Source: an uncultured Anaerolineales bacterium
GTDB lineage: Bacteria; Planctomycetota; Phycisphaerae; FEN-1346
Length of the DNA stretch: 64,000 nucleotides
Direction of reading: 5' to 3'
Assembly (NCBI GenBank): GCA_964461715.1
Contig: CAYWVR010000006.1
Coordinates: 55,923 to 119,922, forward strand
The translations under genes were made by a program, and so were the position numbers. Below are positions 18,044-28,700 of the stretch, piece after piece. The notes below the pieces were generated by a model. The model saw only the letters and a program-made list of their open reading frames with translations, was not told where the DNA came from and did not search any database. The stretch's first letter is position 1; each line of letters opens with the position of its first letter.

Positions 18044-21034
18044 ATGCATCGCCCATCAAGACGGGCCGCGCTGGGTCGGATCGCGGCAATGCTGCTGGCG
18101 GGCCTGCTGTGCGCGTGGGTTGGGGGAGAAGCCCGCGGCGCGGGCTTCGCGGGCGAAATGGACCTCGTGCTGCGCGACGCCCTGCTCGGGACGGACGCCG
18201 ACCCCAAGACCGCCTCGAACCTCGTCCTCCACCTTGAAACCGACGGGAGCGAATGGGCCAAGGTCTGGGGCAAGGGCTTCACGATCAGCGAGCATCCCGG
18301 CGTGGTCGAATCGGGCGAGGTCTCTGACGAGGCGGTCCGCCTCCGCGTCCGCATGCTCATCCTCGGCGATTTCTGGACCAAGGGCGAGTGGGCCGCCGTC
18401 TACGACCTGACGTTCGAGCGCAAAGCGGACGGCCGCCTCGAGGGCCGCTTCGAGGGCACCTACGACGGCGTCGCGGTCTCCGGTGAGGCGAGCGGCGTGA
18501 TTCCCCCGCCCCGACGGGTGCGCGAGGACATCGCGCCGCCCGCCTTTGACGAGCATCCGCGCGTCCTTTTCCGCAAGTCCGACCTCCCGCGCCTCAAGGA
18601 GAAGCTCCGGACCCCCTTCGGCCGCGCCTACCTTGAGAAGGCCGAGGAGGCGGGGGACCTCATCAGCCTCGGCATGCTCTACCAGCTCACGGGCGAGACG
18701 GCCTGGGCCGACAAGGCCCGCGCGGCCATTGAGGCCGAGTACATGAACAAGGGCGACGGCAAGGTCCCCGTTTACGGGTTCGGCTCCGGCGGGTTCGGCC
18801 ACGACATCTTCCGCGTCGCCGTCACGTACGACCTTTCTGGCGAGGCGTGGCCCGAGGCGTTCAATCGCTGGCTCCTGCCGCAGCTCGAGGCGTTCACCGA
18901 GCGGCAGCAGCACGTCCTCATGACCTCCCACGCCAACTATCACCCGTGCAGCAACTACTACGGTCCGGGTCGCGGCGTTCCGGGGGTGGTGGCGATGATC
19001 CTGTGGGGCGACCCGGGGAGCGCCCCCAAGGAGCCGCACGACCCGATCGAACGGGCCTGGCCGGTCCGTCCCACCGTCGAGACGGCGCCCGAGGGCATGA
19101 CCGTCGAGCCCTTCGAGGTCGGCCGCCTGCCGAAGCAGTGGATCTGGACGGGCCTGTTGCCGTACGAGTGCAGCCGTGACGTCCTCTCGAAGCTCGGGGG
19201 CTACGCCAAGGCGCGGCCCGAGGCCGGGACGATGGCCGAGTACACCGTCAAGAGCGGCTCGTGGTTCAAGATGGCCGCCCTCCAGTTCAAGGCCATGCCC
19301 GCCGCGATGGCGACCGGCACGGGGATCGACGTCGGCAAGGCCTCCGAGACGGGCGAGGCCTCGGTCTCGGTGTACTTCACGTACGTTCGCGTGGACGAAG
19401 AGCAGGCCCTCCGGCCCGGGCCGATGCCGGAGGGGGTGCGGCTCTGGATCTCGACGATCGAGATCGAGGACACGCAGTTCTACCGCCTCTATCCCGGCGT
19501 CCATCCCGTGACCCTCGAGGTCCGCATCGAGAAGACCGAGGGCGCCGTGAGCCCGGTGCTCGTCGAGATCGACCCAAACGCCGAGGGCGGCCTGCAGGCC
19601 CTCTACCGCGTCCGCCGGGCCCTTTGGCAGCGGGACCACGCCCACTGGGAGGCCACGGGCATGGACCCGACGCGGCCGCTGTGGCTCCATCGCGGATGGT
19701 TCCAGAACTGGCAGCACTATCGCTGGGGCATCGGCGACGGCGGGTTCATGGCCGAGACGGGCGGCTACGCCCAGATTTCGAGCTGGTACCCGTCGGTCTA
19801 CGGCTCGATGTACCCGAACTTCTTCGGCCGCGAAGTCAGCCCGTACCCCGACGTCGACCACATCATGCCGCGCCAGATCACCCAGTCGACCTTCCCGCCG
19901 CCCGACCCCTCGGCAAAGAAGACGGGCGGCAAGGCGCAGGCCATGCGCGTCAACAGCACGTTGACCCTTCGCCCCCAATGGCTGGCCTGCCACTTCCCCA
20001 TCATCCCTCCGGAGTACCAGCCCTCGGCCCTCTGGGTGTGGAACTATCTGATGGGCGTCGAGGGCGAGGATACGGTGCCCGGGGTCCTCGGGTCGGGAAG
20101 GACGCACGTCTGGGGCCTCGGGGGCCTGACGCTGGCCCAGACGTTCCTCCATTACCCGCTCGACATGGAGCCGGTGCACCCCTCCCAGGGCATGCCGCTC
20201 GACTGGCGGGCCGACACGTTCGGCCTGCACGTCTTCCGCTCCGGGTACGGGACGGGCGAGGAGTTCGTGGCCCAGACGTTCGGCAAGTCCTCGAACATCA
20301 AGGGCTGGAACCATCCGAACGCCGGGCAGTTCCAGATCTGGGGTCTCGGTCATCCCTGGACGTGGACGGACGCTTCGCCCGGCTCTATTCGGGCCACCTG
20401 CTCGGTCGTCCTCTTGCCGGAGGACGAGCTGAACAACGGCGGCTTCGGGCAGCTCGTCCATCGCGCGGCCGGGCCCGACGGCTCGGGCACGGTGACCTTC
20501 GACATGGGGGACGTCTACGCGAAGCGGTCGCGCGGCCTCTTTGACGGGATGCTGATCCGCGACCCGTCGGCCCGGGTCGAATCGGGCGTCACCGGACTGC
20601 GGGCCTTCGGGTTCGACTACAGCGGCGCCTCGGGCGCCCCGGCCCTGGTGGCGATCGTCGACCAGATCGACGGGGGCGGCAAACGGCTCTGGACGTGGCA
20701 GAAGCCCGAGGGCGCGAAGGCGACGGTGGAGAACGGAAGCTTTACCTTCGCGTATCCGGATGCTACGATGCGGGCTACCTTCGTCGCGCCGAGGAATCCG
20801 CCGGTCGTCTACGCCGACGATGCCATGAAGGAGGGAGGCGGCGCCAAGCACGGCTTCTGGGGCACGCTGCATCGCATCAAGGCCGAGGGCGACGGAAGCT
20901 TCTTCGTCGTCGTCACGTTCCAGCGCGGCAAGGCCCCGCCGGTGACCGTCGAGGGCGAAGGGCTCGATGCGGTGATCACGGTGGGCAAGCAAACGGTGCG
21001 CTTTGACGGGACCAAAGTGATCTTTGGCTCCTGA
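18044..21034 (+). CDS. Large secreted protein, tentatively heparinase II/III-like (polysaccharide-lyase-type fold)
   Basis: A GAGGAGG ribosome-binding site precedes the ATG at 18044. The signal peptide is MHRPSRRAALGRIAAMLLAGLLCAWVGG. The DEHPRVLFRKSDLPRLKEKL ... ETAWADKARAAIEA pattern is typical of heparinase II/III / DUF4962-type N-terminal domains. The C-terminal domain is paralogous to that of 23683..25629. Confidence 0.6.
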   Translation: MHRPSRRAALGRIAAMLLAGLLCAWVGGEARGAGFAGEMDLVLRDALLGTDADPKTASNLVLHLETDGSEWAKVWGKGFTISEHPGVVESGEVSDEAVRLRVRMLILGDFWTKGEWAAVYDLTFERKADGRLEGRFEGTYDGVAVSGEASGVIPPPRRVREDIAPPAFDEHPRVLFRKSDLPRLKEKLRTPFGRAYLEKAEEAGDLISLGMLYQLTGETAWADKARAAIEAEYMNKGDGKVPVYGFGSGGFGHDIFRVAVTYDLSGEAWPEAFNRWLLPQLEAFTERQQHVLMTSHANYHPCSNYYGPGRGVPGVVAMILWGDPGSAPKEPHDPIERAWPVRPTVETAPEGMTVEPFEVGRLPKQWIWTGLLPYECSRDVLSKLGGYAKARPEAGTMAEYTVKSGSWFKMAALQFKAMPAAMATGTGIDVGKASETGEASVSVYFTYVRVDEEQALRPGPMPEGVRLWISTIEIEDTQFYRLYPGVHPVTLEVRIEKTEGAVSPVLVEIDPNAEGGLQALYRVRRALWQRDHAHWEATGMDPTRPLWLHRGWFQNWQHYRWGIGDGGFMAETGGYAQISSWYPSVYGSMYPNFFGREVSPYPDVDHIMPRQITQSTFPPPDPSAKKTGGKAQAMRVNSTLTLRPQWLACHFPIIPPEYQPSALWVWNYLMGVEGEDTVPGVLGSGRTHVWGLGGLTLAQTFLHYPLDMEPVHPSQGMPLDWRADTFGLHVFRSGYGTGEEFVAQTFGKSSNIKGWNHPNAGQFQIWGLGHPWTWTDASPGSIRATCSVVLLPEDELNNGGFGQLVHRAAGPDGSGTVTFDMGDVYAKRSRGLFDGMLIRDPSARVESGVTGLRAFGFDYSGASGAPALVAIVDQIDGGGKRLWTWQKPEGAKATVENGSFTFAYPDATMRATFVAPRNPPVVYADDAMKEGGGAKHGFWGTLHRIKAEGDGSFFVVVTFQRGKAPPVTVEGEGLDAVITVGKQTVRFDGTKVIFGS

Positions 21035-21087
21035 TTGACGAACAAACACAGTCTCAAGAGCGTCAAGTTTCGGTGAAAGGAGAGCAC

Positions 21088-21915
21088 ATGGGTCGGAGAA
21101 CGTGGGTGTACGGACTGGCGGCCGCGGTGGCCCTGGTCGGGGCCTTCGCGATGGTGACGCAGGCCGAGGAGGCGGCGGCGCCGCCGGCCGAGGAAGCGCC
21201 GGCCGAGACGGCCGAGGCGGAGGAGGCGGCTCTGCCGGAGACGCAGCCCGAGATGGGGCCCCTGGCGGAGGCGTGGGAGAACTTCAAGATCAAGTGGGAG
21301 CTCGGCGGGTGGGTCATGTGGGTCCTCGGGGCCCTGGCCCTGGTGGCCGTCGTCTTCACGCTGGACCGCATCGTGGGCCTTCGGCGCGGCCGCATCGTGC
21401 CGCGCGGCCTCGCGGACCGGGCCAACCAGCTCTGGCAGGAAGGCAAGTACGACGAGATCGTGGCCCTGGCGAAGCGCCACCGGAGCACCCTCGGCGAGAT
21501 CATCGCCTTCCTCGTCGAGCATCGCTCGAACTCCTACGAGCATCTCACCGCCGCCACCGAGGACATCGCCGCCCGCGACTTCGAGGGACACAGCCGCAGC
21601 GTCTACCCGCTGGTGGCGGTGGGCACGCTGGCCCCGCTGCTGGGCCTCCTGGGCACGGTGTTCGGCCTGCTCGGGGCGTTCGCGACGATCGGCGTCGTGG
21701 GTTCGATGGACGACCCGTCGGCCCTGGCCGGCGACATCGGCGAGGCCCTCATCACGACCGCGGGCGGCCTGATCGTGGCCATTCCCACGCTGATCCTTTA
21801 TCACTACTTCTCGAGCCGCACCAGCCAGTTCGCGGGCACCCTCGGGGCCGAGGTCAGCAACCTGATGCACGGCTGGTTCCTGAAGAAGGAGGCCGCCGAT
21901 GCGCGTCAAGAGTAA
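21088..21915 (+). CDS. exbB: MotA/TolQ/ExbB proton-channel family protein
   Basis: LAPLLGLLGTVFGLLGAFATIG ... GEALITTAGGLIVAIPTLILYHYF is the canonical ExbB/TolQ core. An AAGGAGAG ribosome-binding site precedes the ATG at 21088. Confidence 0.88.
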   Translation: MGRRTWVYGLAAAVALVGAFAMVTQAEEAAAPPAEEAPAETAEAEEAALPETQPEMGPLAEAWENFKIKWELGGWVMWVLGALALVAVVFTLDRIVGLRRGRIVPRGLADRANQLWQEGKYDEIVALAKRHRSTLGEIIAFLVEHRSNSYEHLTAATEDIAARDFEGHSRSVYPLVAVGTLAPLLGLLGTVFGLLGAFATIGVVGSMDDPSALAGDIGEALITTAGGLIVAIPTLILYHYFSSRTSQFAGTLGAEVSNLMHGWFLKKEAADARQE

Positions 21916-22312
21916 GGCCGGGACGAGCACCGAAGTGCAGATGGGACCGCTGATCGACTGCGTGTTCCTGCTGCTGATCTTCTTCATCGTCATCGCGGTG
22001 ACCAAGAAGAGCATCAAGGAGCTGGGAATCCAGCTCCCCGCCCCCGGGGCCGCCGTCTCGGAGGTCAAGCCCAAGGACAGGGACTTGGTCTTGCGCCTGA
22101 CGGCCGACGGCCGCACCTTTGTCGGCGACCGCCAGGTCCAGATGCAGGGCGTCCTGGAGTCCATCCGCGAGGCCCGCAGCCGCGACCCCGACACGAAGGT
22201 CCGTTTCGAGATCGACAGGCGGGCCCAGTTCATCCATCTCTTCCCCATCATGGACCAGTTGAAGCACTACGGTCTGACGGACTGGAGCTTCCGCGTCCAC
22301 ATGGAGGAATGA
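21899..22312 (+). CDS. exbD: ExbD/TolR biopolymer transport protein
   Basis: The N-terminal TM is MGPLIDCVFLLLIFFIV, followed by a periplasmic ExbD-like domain (LVLRLTADGRTFVGDRQV ... VRFEIDRRAQF). A GAAGGAGG ribosome-binding site is present. It overlaps the end of exbB by 17 nt. Confidence 0.85.
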   Translation: MRVKSKAGTSTEVQMGPLIDCVFLLLIFFIVIAVTKKSIKELGIQLPAPGAAVSEVKPKDRDLVLRLTADGRTFVGDRQVQMQGVLESIREARSRDPDTKVRFEIDRRAQFIHLFPIMDQLKHYGLTDWSFRVHMEE

Positions 22313-22331
22313 CGCACGGAGGGCTTTTGCC

Positions 22332-23660
22332 ATGCCGGAATCAATGGAGCCCAAGGTCGGCCTCGGCCATCGCATTGTCGTGGGGACGCTGCACGTCGTC
22401 CTGGCGTGCATCGCCGCCTACGCCGTCTATCTGCTCCTCTGGGGCGGGGAGGTGACGCGGACCGTCTCACCGGGCGAGCTGCGCGAGATCATCACCGAGT
22501 TCCGCGAGAAACGCCGCGAGCGGATGATCACGGAAGTCCGCGAGATGCGGCCGCTCCTGGCCGACATGCGGGCCATCCGCGACCGGTGGTTCGCCGACGC
22601 CGGGATCGAGGTCGACCCGGCGTCGGTCCTGACCGACCCGGAGCGCGCGGCCCGGACCGAGGCGGCCCGCCGCCTCGAGGACCTCGCGTTCCACGAGGTC
22701 TACGATACCGGCCGCGCCGTCGAGCAGGACATGATCACCATGTACCGCGAGTTCCTGGCCGCCCGCATGGTCGGCCTGGGCCAGGGGTTCGACTACGCCG
22801 AGGCCTACGAGCACTCCGCCACGCCGCGCCCCACGCGCCCGCCGCTCGACCTCGAGGCCCTTTACCGGGAGATCGCCACCACCGAGGAGGGCGGGGGCCT
22901 CGACGCCTTCCGCGAGGAGATCAAGAAGTCCGCCGTCGAGATTCGCGAGATGCAACAGAACTGTGAGAAACTCCTCACCTTCACCCGGAAGTCCAACACC
23001 CAGACCGGCGACGGCATCAGCGTGGATATGAGCGCCGCCGACGTGGCCATGCTCGGGTACCGCGGGCCGGAGCTGTTGCCCGACGAGATCGAGCTGACCC
23101 ACAACCCCGACATCGGAAGTTTCAACGCCCTGCCCGGCCGCCGACTGGTGACCGGCGGGCGCATGGAGGAGTGGCTCTACGTCGACTCCTGGTATATCAT
23201 CGGTCCCTTCGAGGGCGACCGACGCCGCGAGAACCTCGACGCCCGCTTCGGCCCCGAGGCCAACGTCAACCTCGACGACGTCTTCACCGGCAAGGACGAG
23301 CGCAAGATCGCCTGGGAGTACAAGAAGGTCGGGTGGGTCCAACCCGTGGGGCCGAAGACGGCCTACTGGAAGATCGAGCCGAAGCGCGTCGATACCTACG
23401 CCATCTATTATGCCTTCACGGAGATCTACTCGGACGCGCCGCGCGACGTCTGGATCGCCACCGCCACCGACGATTACGGCAAGCTCTGGATCAACGACGA
23501 GCTGGTCTGGAAGAGCCCCAAGACCCGCAAACCCTACAACGCAACCGAAAACATCCAGTTGGTGAAGCTGGAGCAGGGCCAGAACAAGGTCCTGTATCGC
23601 GTGGAGAACGCCGGCGGGACGATGGGGTTCTCGCTGATGATCCGCCTGGTGACCGAATAG
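22332..23660 (+). CDS. N-terminally membrane-anchored protein with helical linker and C-terminal beta-sandwich-like module
   Basis: A single TM (IVVGTLHVVLACIAAYAVYLLLWG) is followed by a charged helical region. The C-terminal module is WYIIGPFEG ... YAFTEIYSDAPRDVWIATA ... KLWINDELVWKS ... NKVLYRVEN, and it recurs in 25713..29936. It starts 19 nt after exbD. Confidence 0.7.
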   Translation: MPESMEPKVGLGHRIVVGTLHVVLACIAAYAVYLLLWGGEVTRTVSPGELREIITEFREKRRERMITEVREMRPLLADMRAIRDRWFADAGIEVDPASVLTDPERAARTEAARRLEDLAFHEVYDTGRAVEQDMITMYREFLAARMVGLGQGFDYAEAYEHSATPRPTRPPLDLEALYREIATTEEGGGLDAFREEIKKSAVEIREMQQNCEKLLTFTRKSNTQTGDGISVDMSAADVAMLGYRGPELLPDEIELTHNPDIGSFNALPGRRLVTGGRMEEWLYVDSWYIIGPFEGDRRRENLDARFGPEANVNLDDVFTGKDERKIAWEYKKVGWVQPVGPKTAYWKIEPKRVDTYAIYYAFTEIYSDAPRDVWIATATDDYGKLWINDELVWKSPKTRKPYNATENIQLVKLEQGQNKVLYRVENAGGTMGFSLMIRLVTE

Positions 23661-23682
23661 CCCGCGCGGAAGGAGTCCCCCC

Positions 23683-25629
23683 ATGCCCCATCGTCCGCAG
23701 GCGTTTCTGGCCGCGTGGCTGGTCTTTCTGGCGGCGACGGCCGCCGCCGCGCCCCCGCCGGTCGAGGTCGAAACCGTCGAGGGCCACACGCCCCCCGACG
23801 CCGGCGCGCATCCGCGTCTGCTGGTGCGCGGGGCCGAGGGCGTCGAGGCCCTCCGCGCCGCGGCCGAGACCGAGTGGGGCAAGCGCGTCACGGCCCGCAC
23901 CCGCCAAGCCCTCAAGCTCGTCGAGAAGCTCGCCATCACCGGCCGCAACCGCGAGGTCATCAAGGAGGCGGGGTTCAAGGCCGCCGGCTACGGGGCCCTC
24001 CATCTCCTTGCGCAGGAGGCCCCCCCCGCCGCCCACGCCAAGCGCATCGTCCTCGCGGAGATCGTCGCCTATCCCATGGTCCGCAGCATCGACCTGATGG
24101 ACCGTGTCTCGCGGCTCCACGGGGCGGCCTTGGCCTACGACCTCTGCTACGACGCCTGGGACGGGCCCTCGCGGGCCAAGGTCCGCGCGTGGCTGCGGGC
24201 CGAGGCCGAGCGCCTTCGTGCGAAGGTCGGCCCTCCCGACGCCCCCAAGGTCGGCCAACCCGAGCACGTCACGGCCTACGCGGCGGCGGGTCTGGCGGAA
24301 ATGGCCTGTCTCGGCGACGACGACGAGGCCGGCGCCCGCAAACGCATCGACGCCAGCGAGCGGGCCGTCGTCGCCTACCTCGAGCGGAACGTCGGCGAGT
24401 TCGCCTTCGACGCCCACGGCGAATCGGTCCGCGAGGCCGCCTACGGGTCGGGCATCCTGGAGTTCGTCCGGGCCCTGCGGTCGGTCCTCGGACGCGACCT
24501 GACGGGCCACCCGTCGGTGGCCCTGGCCATCGTGCCCATGATCTACCAGAGCGTGCCGCAGGTCGGCATCGCCGTCACGGGCGAGCCGACGGCTACGGTC
24601 GACCGGACGGGCCTGTTTGCCCTGGCCACGGCACTGACGCCGCCCGCGCGGCAGGGGGCCGTCGGGTGGCTCTTCGACAAGGTCGGCGGGGGGCAGTACC
24701 TGGGCATCGTGCGTCCCCATCACGGCCTCGCGATGCTCACCTCGGGCATGGACGCAATCGAGCCGGTGGCCCCGGAGGGCGACGCCTGGCCCCGCTTCGT
24801 CCGAAGCGATCGGGCCCGCTTCGTCGTCTTTCGAAGCCGCTGGAAAGACTCGGATGATGTGGCCACGGTCCTGCACGACGCGATCCTCCGGATCGTCGGG
24901 CCGGCGGCGGCGTGGGTCTCCGAGCCGGGCCTCCATGCGGGGATGTGGAGCCACGACCCCGGGGCGGGACGCCTCGACGGTGGGTTCCTCTTCAAGACGA
25001 ACCTCGAGAAGAAGAGCACGGCCTACGACCTGCGTTTCGAGCGCCGCCTACTCGGTGCCGAGGCCGACGACGCGGGCGACCGGGCGAGCCTCGCCTTCGC
25101 CCTGAAGGGCGAGGTCAAGGCCCGCGGCAAGACGTACACCGTCACCGAGCGGGACAAGGACAACAAGAAGGTCGAGCGGAAGATGCCCATCCCGCCGGGC
25201 GGCACGTTCGAGGGACGGCGGGTGCTGGGCGTCGATTACTCCACTCGGTGCGGGGCGCCGGCGATGTTCGTCTTGGCCGACCGGATCGAGGGCGGCGGCG
25301 AGGCCCCCCGCCTCTGGATTCTCCACGCCGGACCGCAGGTCACGATTACCCACGAGCCCGGGTCCTTCACGCTGACCCACGAGTCGGGCACGACGCTTCA
25401 CGCCACGGTCGTCTACCCGAAGGACCTCGAGTTCGAGGCCAGCTCGAACGGGGCCTTCGCGAACTTCCTGACGGCCCGGACCGAGAGCGACCGCGTCGAG
25501 GTCGTCATGACCATCCAGCCGAAAGGCGCGCCGAAGGTCAAGGCGACCGAGAAGGGCCTCGCCGGAAAGGTCAAGGTCGGCACGTGCACCGTCCGCCTCG
25601 ACGGCGACGCGATCGTCTTCGAGGACTGA
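23683..25629 (+). CDS. Secreted protein, heparinase II/III-like (tentative); paralog of 18044..21034
   Basis: A GGAAGGAG ribosome-binding site is present. The signal peptide is FLAAWLVFLAATAAAAPPP. An HPRLLVRGAEGVEALRAAAE motif is present. The C-terminal domain aligns by eye with 18044..21034 (GVDYS..GAPA...IEGGG...LW ... SFT ... V.T.Q.KGAP.V ... VRLDGDAIVF). Confidence 0.6.
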   Translation: MPHRPQAFLAAWLVFLAATAAAAPPPVEVETVEGHTPPDAGAHPRLLVRGAEGVEALRAAAETEWGKRVTARTRQALKLVEKLAITGRNREVIKEAGFKAAGYGALHLLAQEAPPAAHAKRIVLAEIVAYPMVRSIDLMDRVSRLHGAALAYDLCYDAWDGPSRAKVRAWLRAEAERLRAKVGPPDAPKVGQPEHVTAYAAAGLAEMACLGDDDEAGARKRIDASERAVVAYLERNVGEFAFDAHGESVREAAYGSGILEFVRALRSVLGRDLTGHPSVALAIVPMIYQSVPQVGIAVTGEPTATVDRTGLFALATALTPPARQGAVGWLFDKVGGGQYLGIVRPHHGLAMLTSGMDAIEPVAPEGDAWPRFVRSDRARFVVFRSRWKDSDDVATVLHDAILRIVGPAAAWVSEPGLHAGMWSHDPGAGRLDGGFLFKTNLEKKSTAYDLRFERRLLGAEADDAGDRASLAFALKGEVKARGKTYTVTERDKDNKKVERKMPIPPGGTFEGRRVLGVDYSTRCGAPAMFVLADRIEGGGEAPRLWILHAGPQVTITHEPGSFTLTHESGTTLHATVVYPKDLEFEASSNGAFANFLTARTESDRVEVVMTIQPKGAPKVKATEKGLAGKVKVGTCTVRLDGDAIVFED

Positions 25630-25712
25630 GCGCCCTTGGGCCCGAGTTCGCGCAAGGTACGCCGCAGGCGCATCCGGCGTGGGCTTGCCAAGTCGCTATC
25701 GCGAGGAATGCC

Positions 25713-28700
25713 ATGCCCCGTCTTATCCTCTGGCCGGTCCTTGTCGCCGTCCTCGCCGCCCCGGTCCTCGCCTCTCCGGCGGGCGACGTCCGGGAGCTCG
25801 AGTCCATCCGTCAGGACCTCCGCGACCGGCTCCGCGCCAGGGCGGCCGAGGACGCCAAGGTCGAACCGCCCCGCGACGTCCGGCTCGACGTCGACCCGGG
25901 CCTGGCGCGCGGCCGGATGCGCCTGATTCTGCGGAGACAGGGCGGCCGGTGGCACCTGCGAGGCATCGAGGGCGGACCGAAGGGCGCCGAGAACGTGACC
26001 GTCGACGCCTCGGGCCTGGAGTGGGTCGAGAACCGGCTCGCGGGTCCGGTCGTCGTCGCCTGGGGCGGCGAGGAGGAGCCCGACGAGGAGCCGGCCGAGG
26101 GTGAGGAGGCCGAAACCGAGGCCCTGCCCGCCGCGGCCGCCGCCCAGACCTTCCGCATCGAAGCCCGCGTCGCGCCGGCCGAGGAGCGCCTCGTCCTCGC
26201 GCTCGAGCGGTTCCAGGGCCGCCACGACTGGGTCCTCGCCTACCGGCGCGACGCCGACGCGTGGGTCTTCGACCGCGAACTCGAGACGCCGCGCCACCTG
26301 ACCTCCGGCGGCCCGTTCCGCCGCCAGTTCTCCCGGCTCGAGCCCGACGCCGAGGGCCGCTTCGATGGCCGCATCCACTTGACCTACACGGGAGACCAGG
26401 AACGACACGTCGAGGCGTACACCGGCCACCCGCCCCGCGTCACCTTCTCCGGCCGCCTCGTCGACGGCCGCGTCGACCGGACGTGGCTCCTGGAGGCCCC
26501 CGGCGGGAAGGGCCTCTTGGGGAGCGGCCAGGACCGGCTCTCCGGTGCCTTGCGGACGGCCCAGATCGAGGGCCGGGCCCGAAGCGAGGGCGCGAAGGGC
26601 GTCTGGATCGCCGCCGTCCGCGGGGCCGTCATGCCCGCCCCGGCCGACCCGGTGGCGTCCCTCGTTGCCGCCGACGCCGGGACGCCCCCTTCCGACCCCG
26701 CCGCCGCCACCGTCCGCGCCGCCGAGGTCTACGACGAGATCCTGGCCCTGGACATGACCCTGCGCGAGTACCCGATGCCGCTGACCGACGCCCTGAGCCG
26801 CGTCCTCGTCCCCGCACCCGAGTGGCCGAAGGACGCGCCGGTGGACGCGATGGGCGACTACACGGCCGCCCTCCTGGCGCAGGCGAAGAAGACGCTCGAG
26901 CCGGGCGAGGGCGACGTGCCCCTCGGCCGCGTGGGTCCCGACGACCCGACGTTTGGCCCGTTCTACGGCCTCGCGTCCGAGGAGCCGCTGCCGGACAGGA
27001 ACCGCGTCCCGAAGGTCGGTGACGGGCCGCAGGCGTGGCGGGCGGTGGCCGAGTGGCGGATGGTCGGGCCCTTCGGCGTCCATGACCAGGAGGCCGACGT
27101 CCGCTATCCCGAGCTGGCCGACGTCCCCGCGGCCTTCCGCCGCGCCCGCGTCTTCACCTCCCGCGAGGGCGAGGCCGAGACGGTCGAGGATGCAGCGCCC
27201 TGGATCGAGCCCGTCTTCGACGGGGCCACCGTCGCTGCCCCCCAAACGCGCGAGGCCTCGGCCGGGAGCCTGCGGTACCTCGCGTGGTATGCCGCGACCG
27301 AGATCACGAGCGACGCCGCGCAGACCGCGTGGATGGCGATGACCCTTCAGGGGCAGGGCATGGTGTGGTTGAACGAGACCCTGGTCTACAAGAGCGGCCC
27401 CGACTTCGACGCCCGCGTCCCCGCGGTCTTCCAGGTCCGCCTGGCGAAGGGGCGGAACCGGCTGCTGGTGCGCTGCGCCTCGAACCGGGCCTCGAACAGC
27501 CGCGGCGGCGCCGTCGATTACCTGAACGGCCACTCGCCCCGCCCCGCCGGGCGGATCGACTTCACGACCTTCGCCCTGCACGTGGCGACCCAAGGCGCGC
27601 CCGGCGACAACGCCGGCGACTCCTCGGCCGTCGCGCCGCCCGCCGATGCGCCCCGCCGCTACCGACGCGACGGCTCCGGCGTCTACCCCGAGGCGACGCC
27701 GCCGCCGGCGTGGGACCTGGAGCGCGGCATCAACGTGGTGTGGCGGACGCCGCTGCCGGAGGGCCTGGCCGAGCCGGTCGTCCGCGACGGGCGGCTCTAC
27801 GTGACGGCCGAGCCGAACGTCCTGTTCGCCCTCGATGCCTCGAGCGGCGAGATCGTCTGGCAGCGGGAGATCGAGGCCCCGCCCTTGCCGAAGGGCGCCA
27901 AGCTCGGCCGGGGACGCACGGCCACCGTCTCGCCCGTCGTCACGGCCGACCGCGTCTACGTCACGTTCGGGACGGGCGTGGCGGCGTGTTTCACGACCGA
28001 GGGCGAGCCCGTCTGGACGACCCCGACCGGGGCCCCCTGGGCCGGCACGAACCTCGGCTCGCCGATCCTGGCCGGCGGCAAGCTCGTCGTCCAGGGCCAC
28101 CGGCCGGGCGGCGACGAGGGTAAATATGCCGTCCTCGCCCTCGACGCCCGGGCCGGCACGATCCTCTGGGCCGCCACCGGTCCCGCCAAGCGCACCACCA
28201 CGAAGTACGATCGCCCGGCGGGGCTCGGGAACGGCCTGGCCCTGGTGCGTCTGGCGCGCGGCCAGGCGACGCGGACGCTCGTCGTCACGGGCGACGGGGC
28301 GGTGCTCGACCTGGCGGACGGCGCGATGCTCCACCGCGACATCTTCACGATTGAGGCGACGCGCGGCGCCCCTTACGTCGACGGCGACGTCGTCTATGCC
28401 GCCCCCGTCATGGGCGAGGAGGCGGTGCGCCTCTGGCTGGATGCGCGCGGGCGGGTGGGGGCCCGGACTCTCTGGGTCAACCCGCCGATGTTCGGCTTGG
28501 GCCAGGTGCGGACCGTCCGGGCGTGGGGCGAGCACCACTGGATGGCCGAGCCGGTTGTGGTCGACGGGCTCCTTTACGTGGTCCGCGTCGACAAGGCCCA
28601 CGTGCCCGGCCATCATAACCTCGCGTGGACGCAGCTCGAAACGTTCGACGCCGGGACGGGCGATCGTCTGACGCGCAAGCGGGCCGTCCTCCGCGACGCC

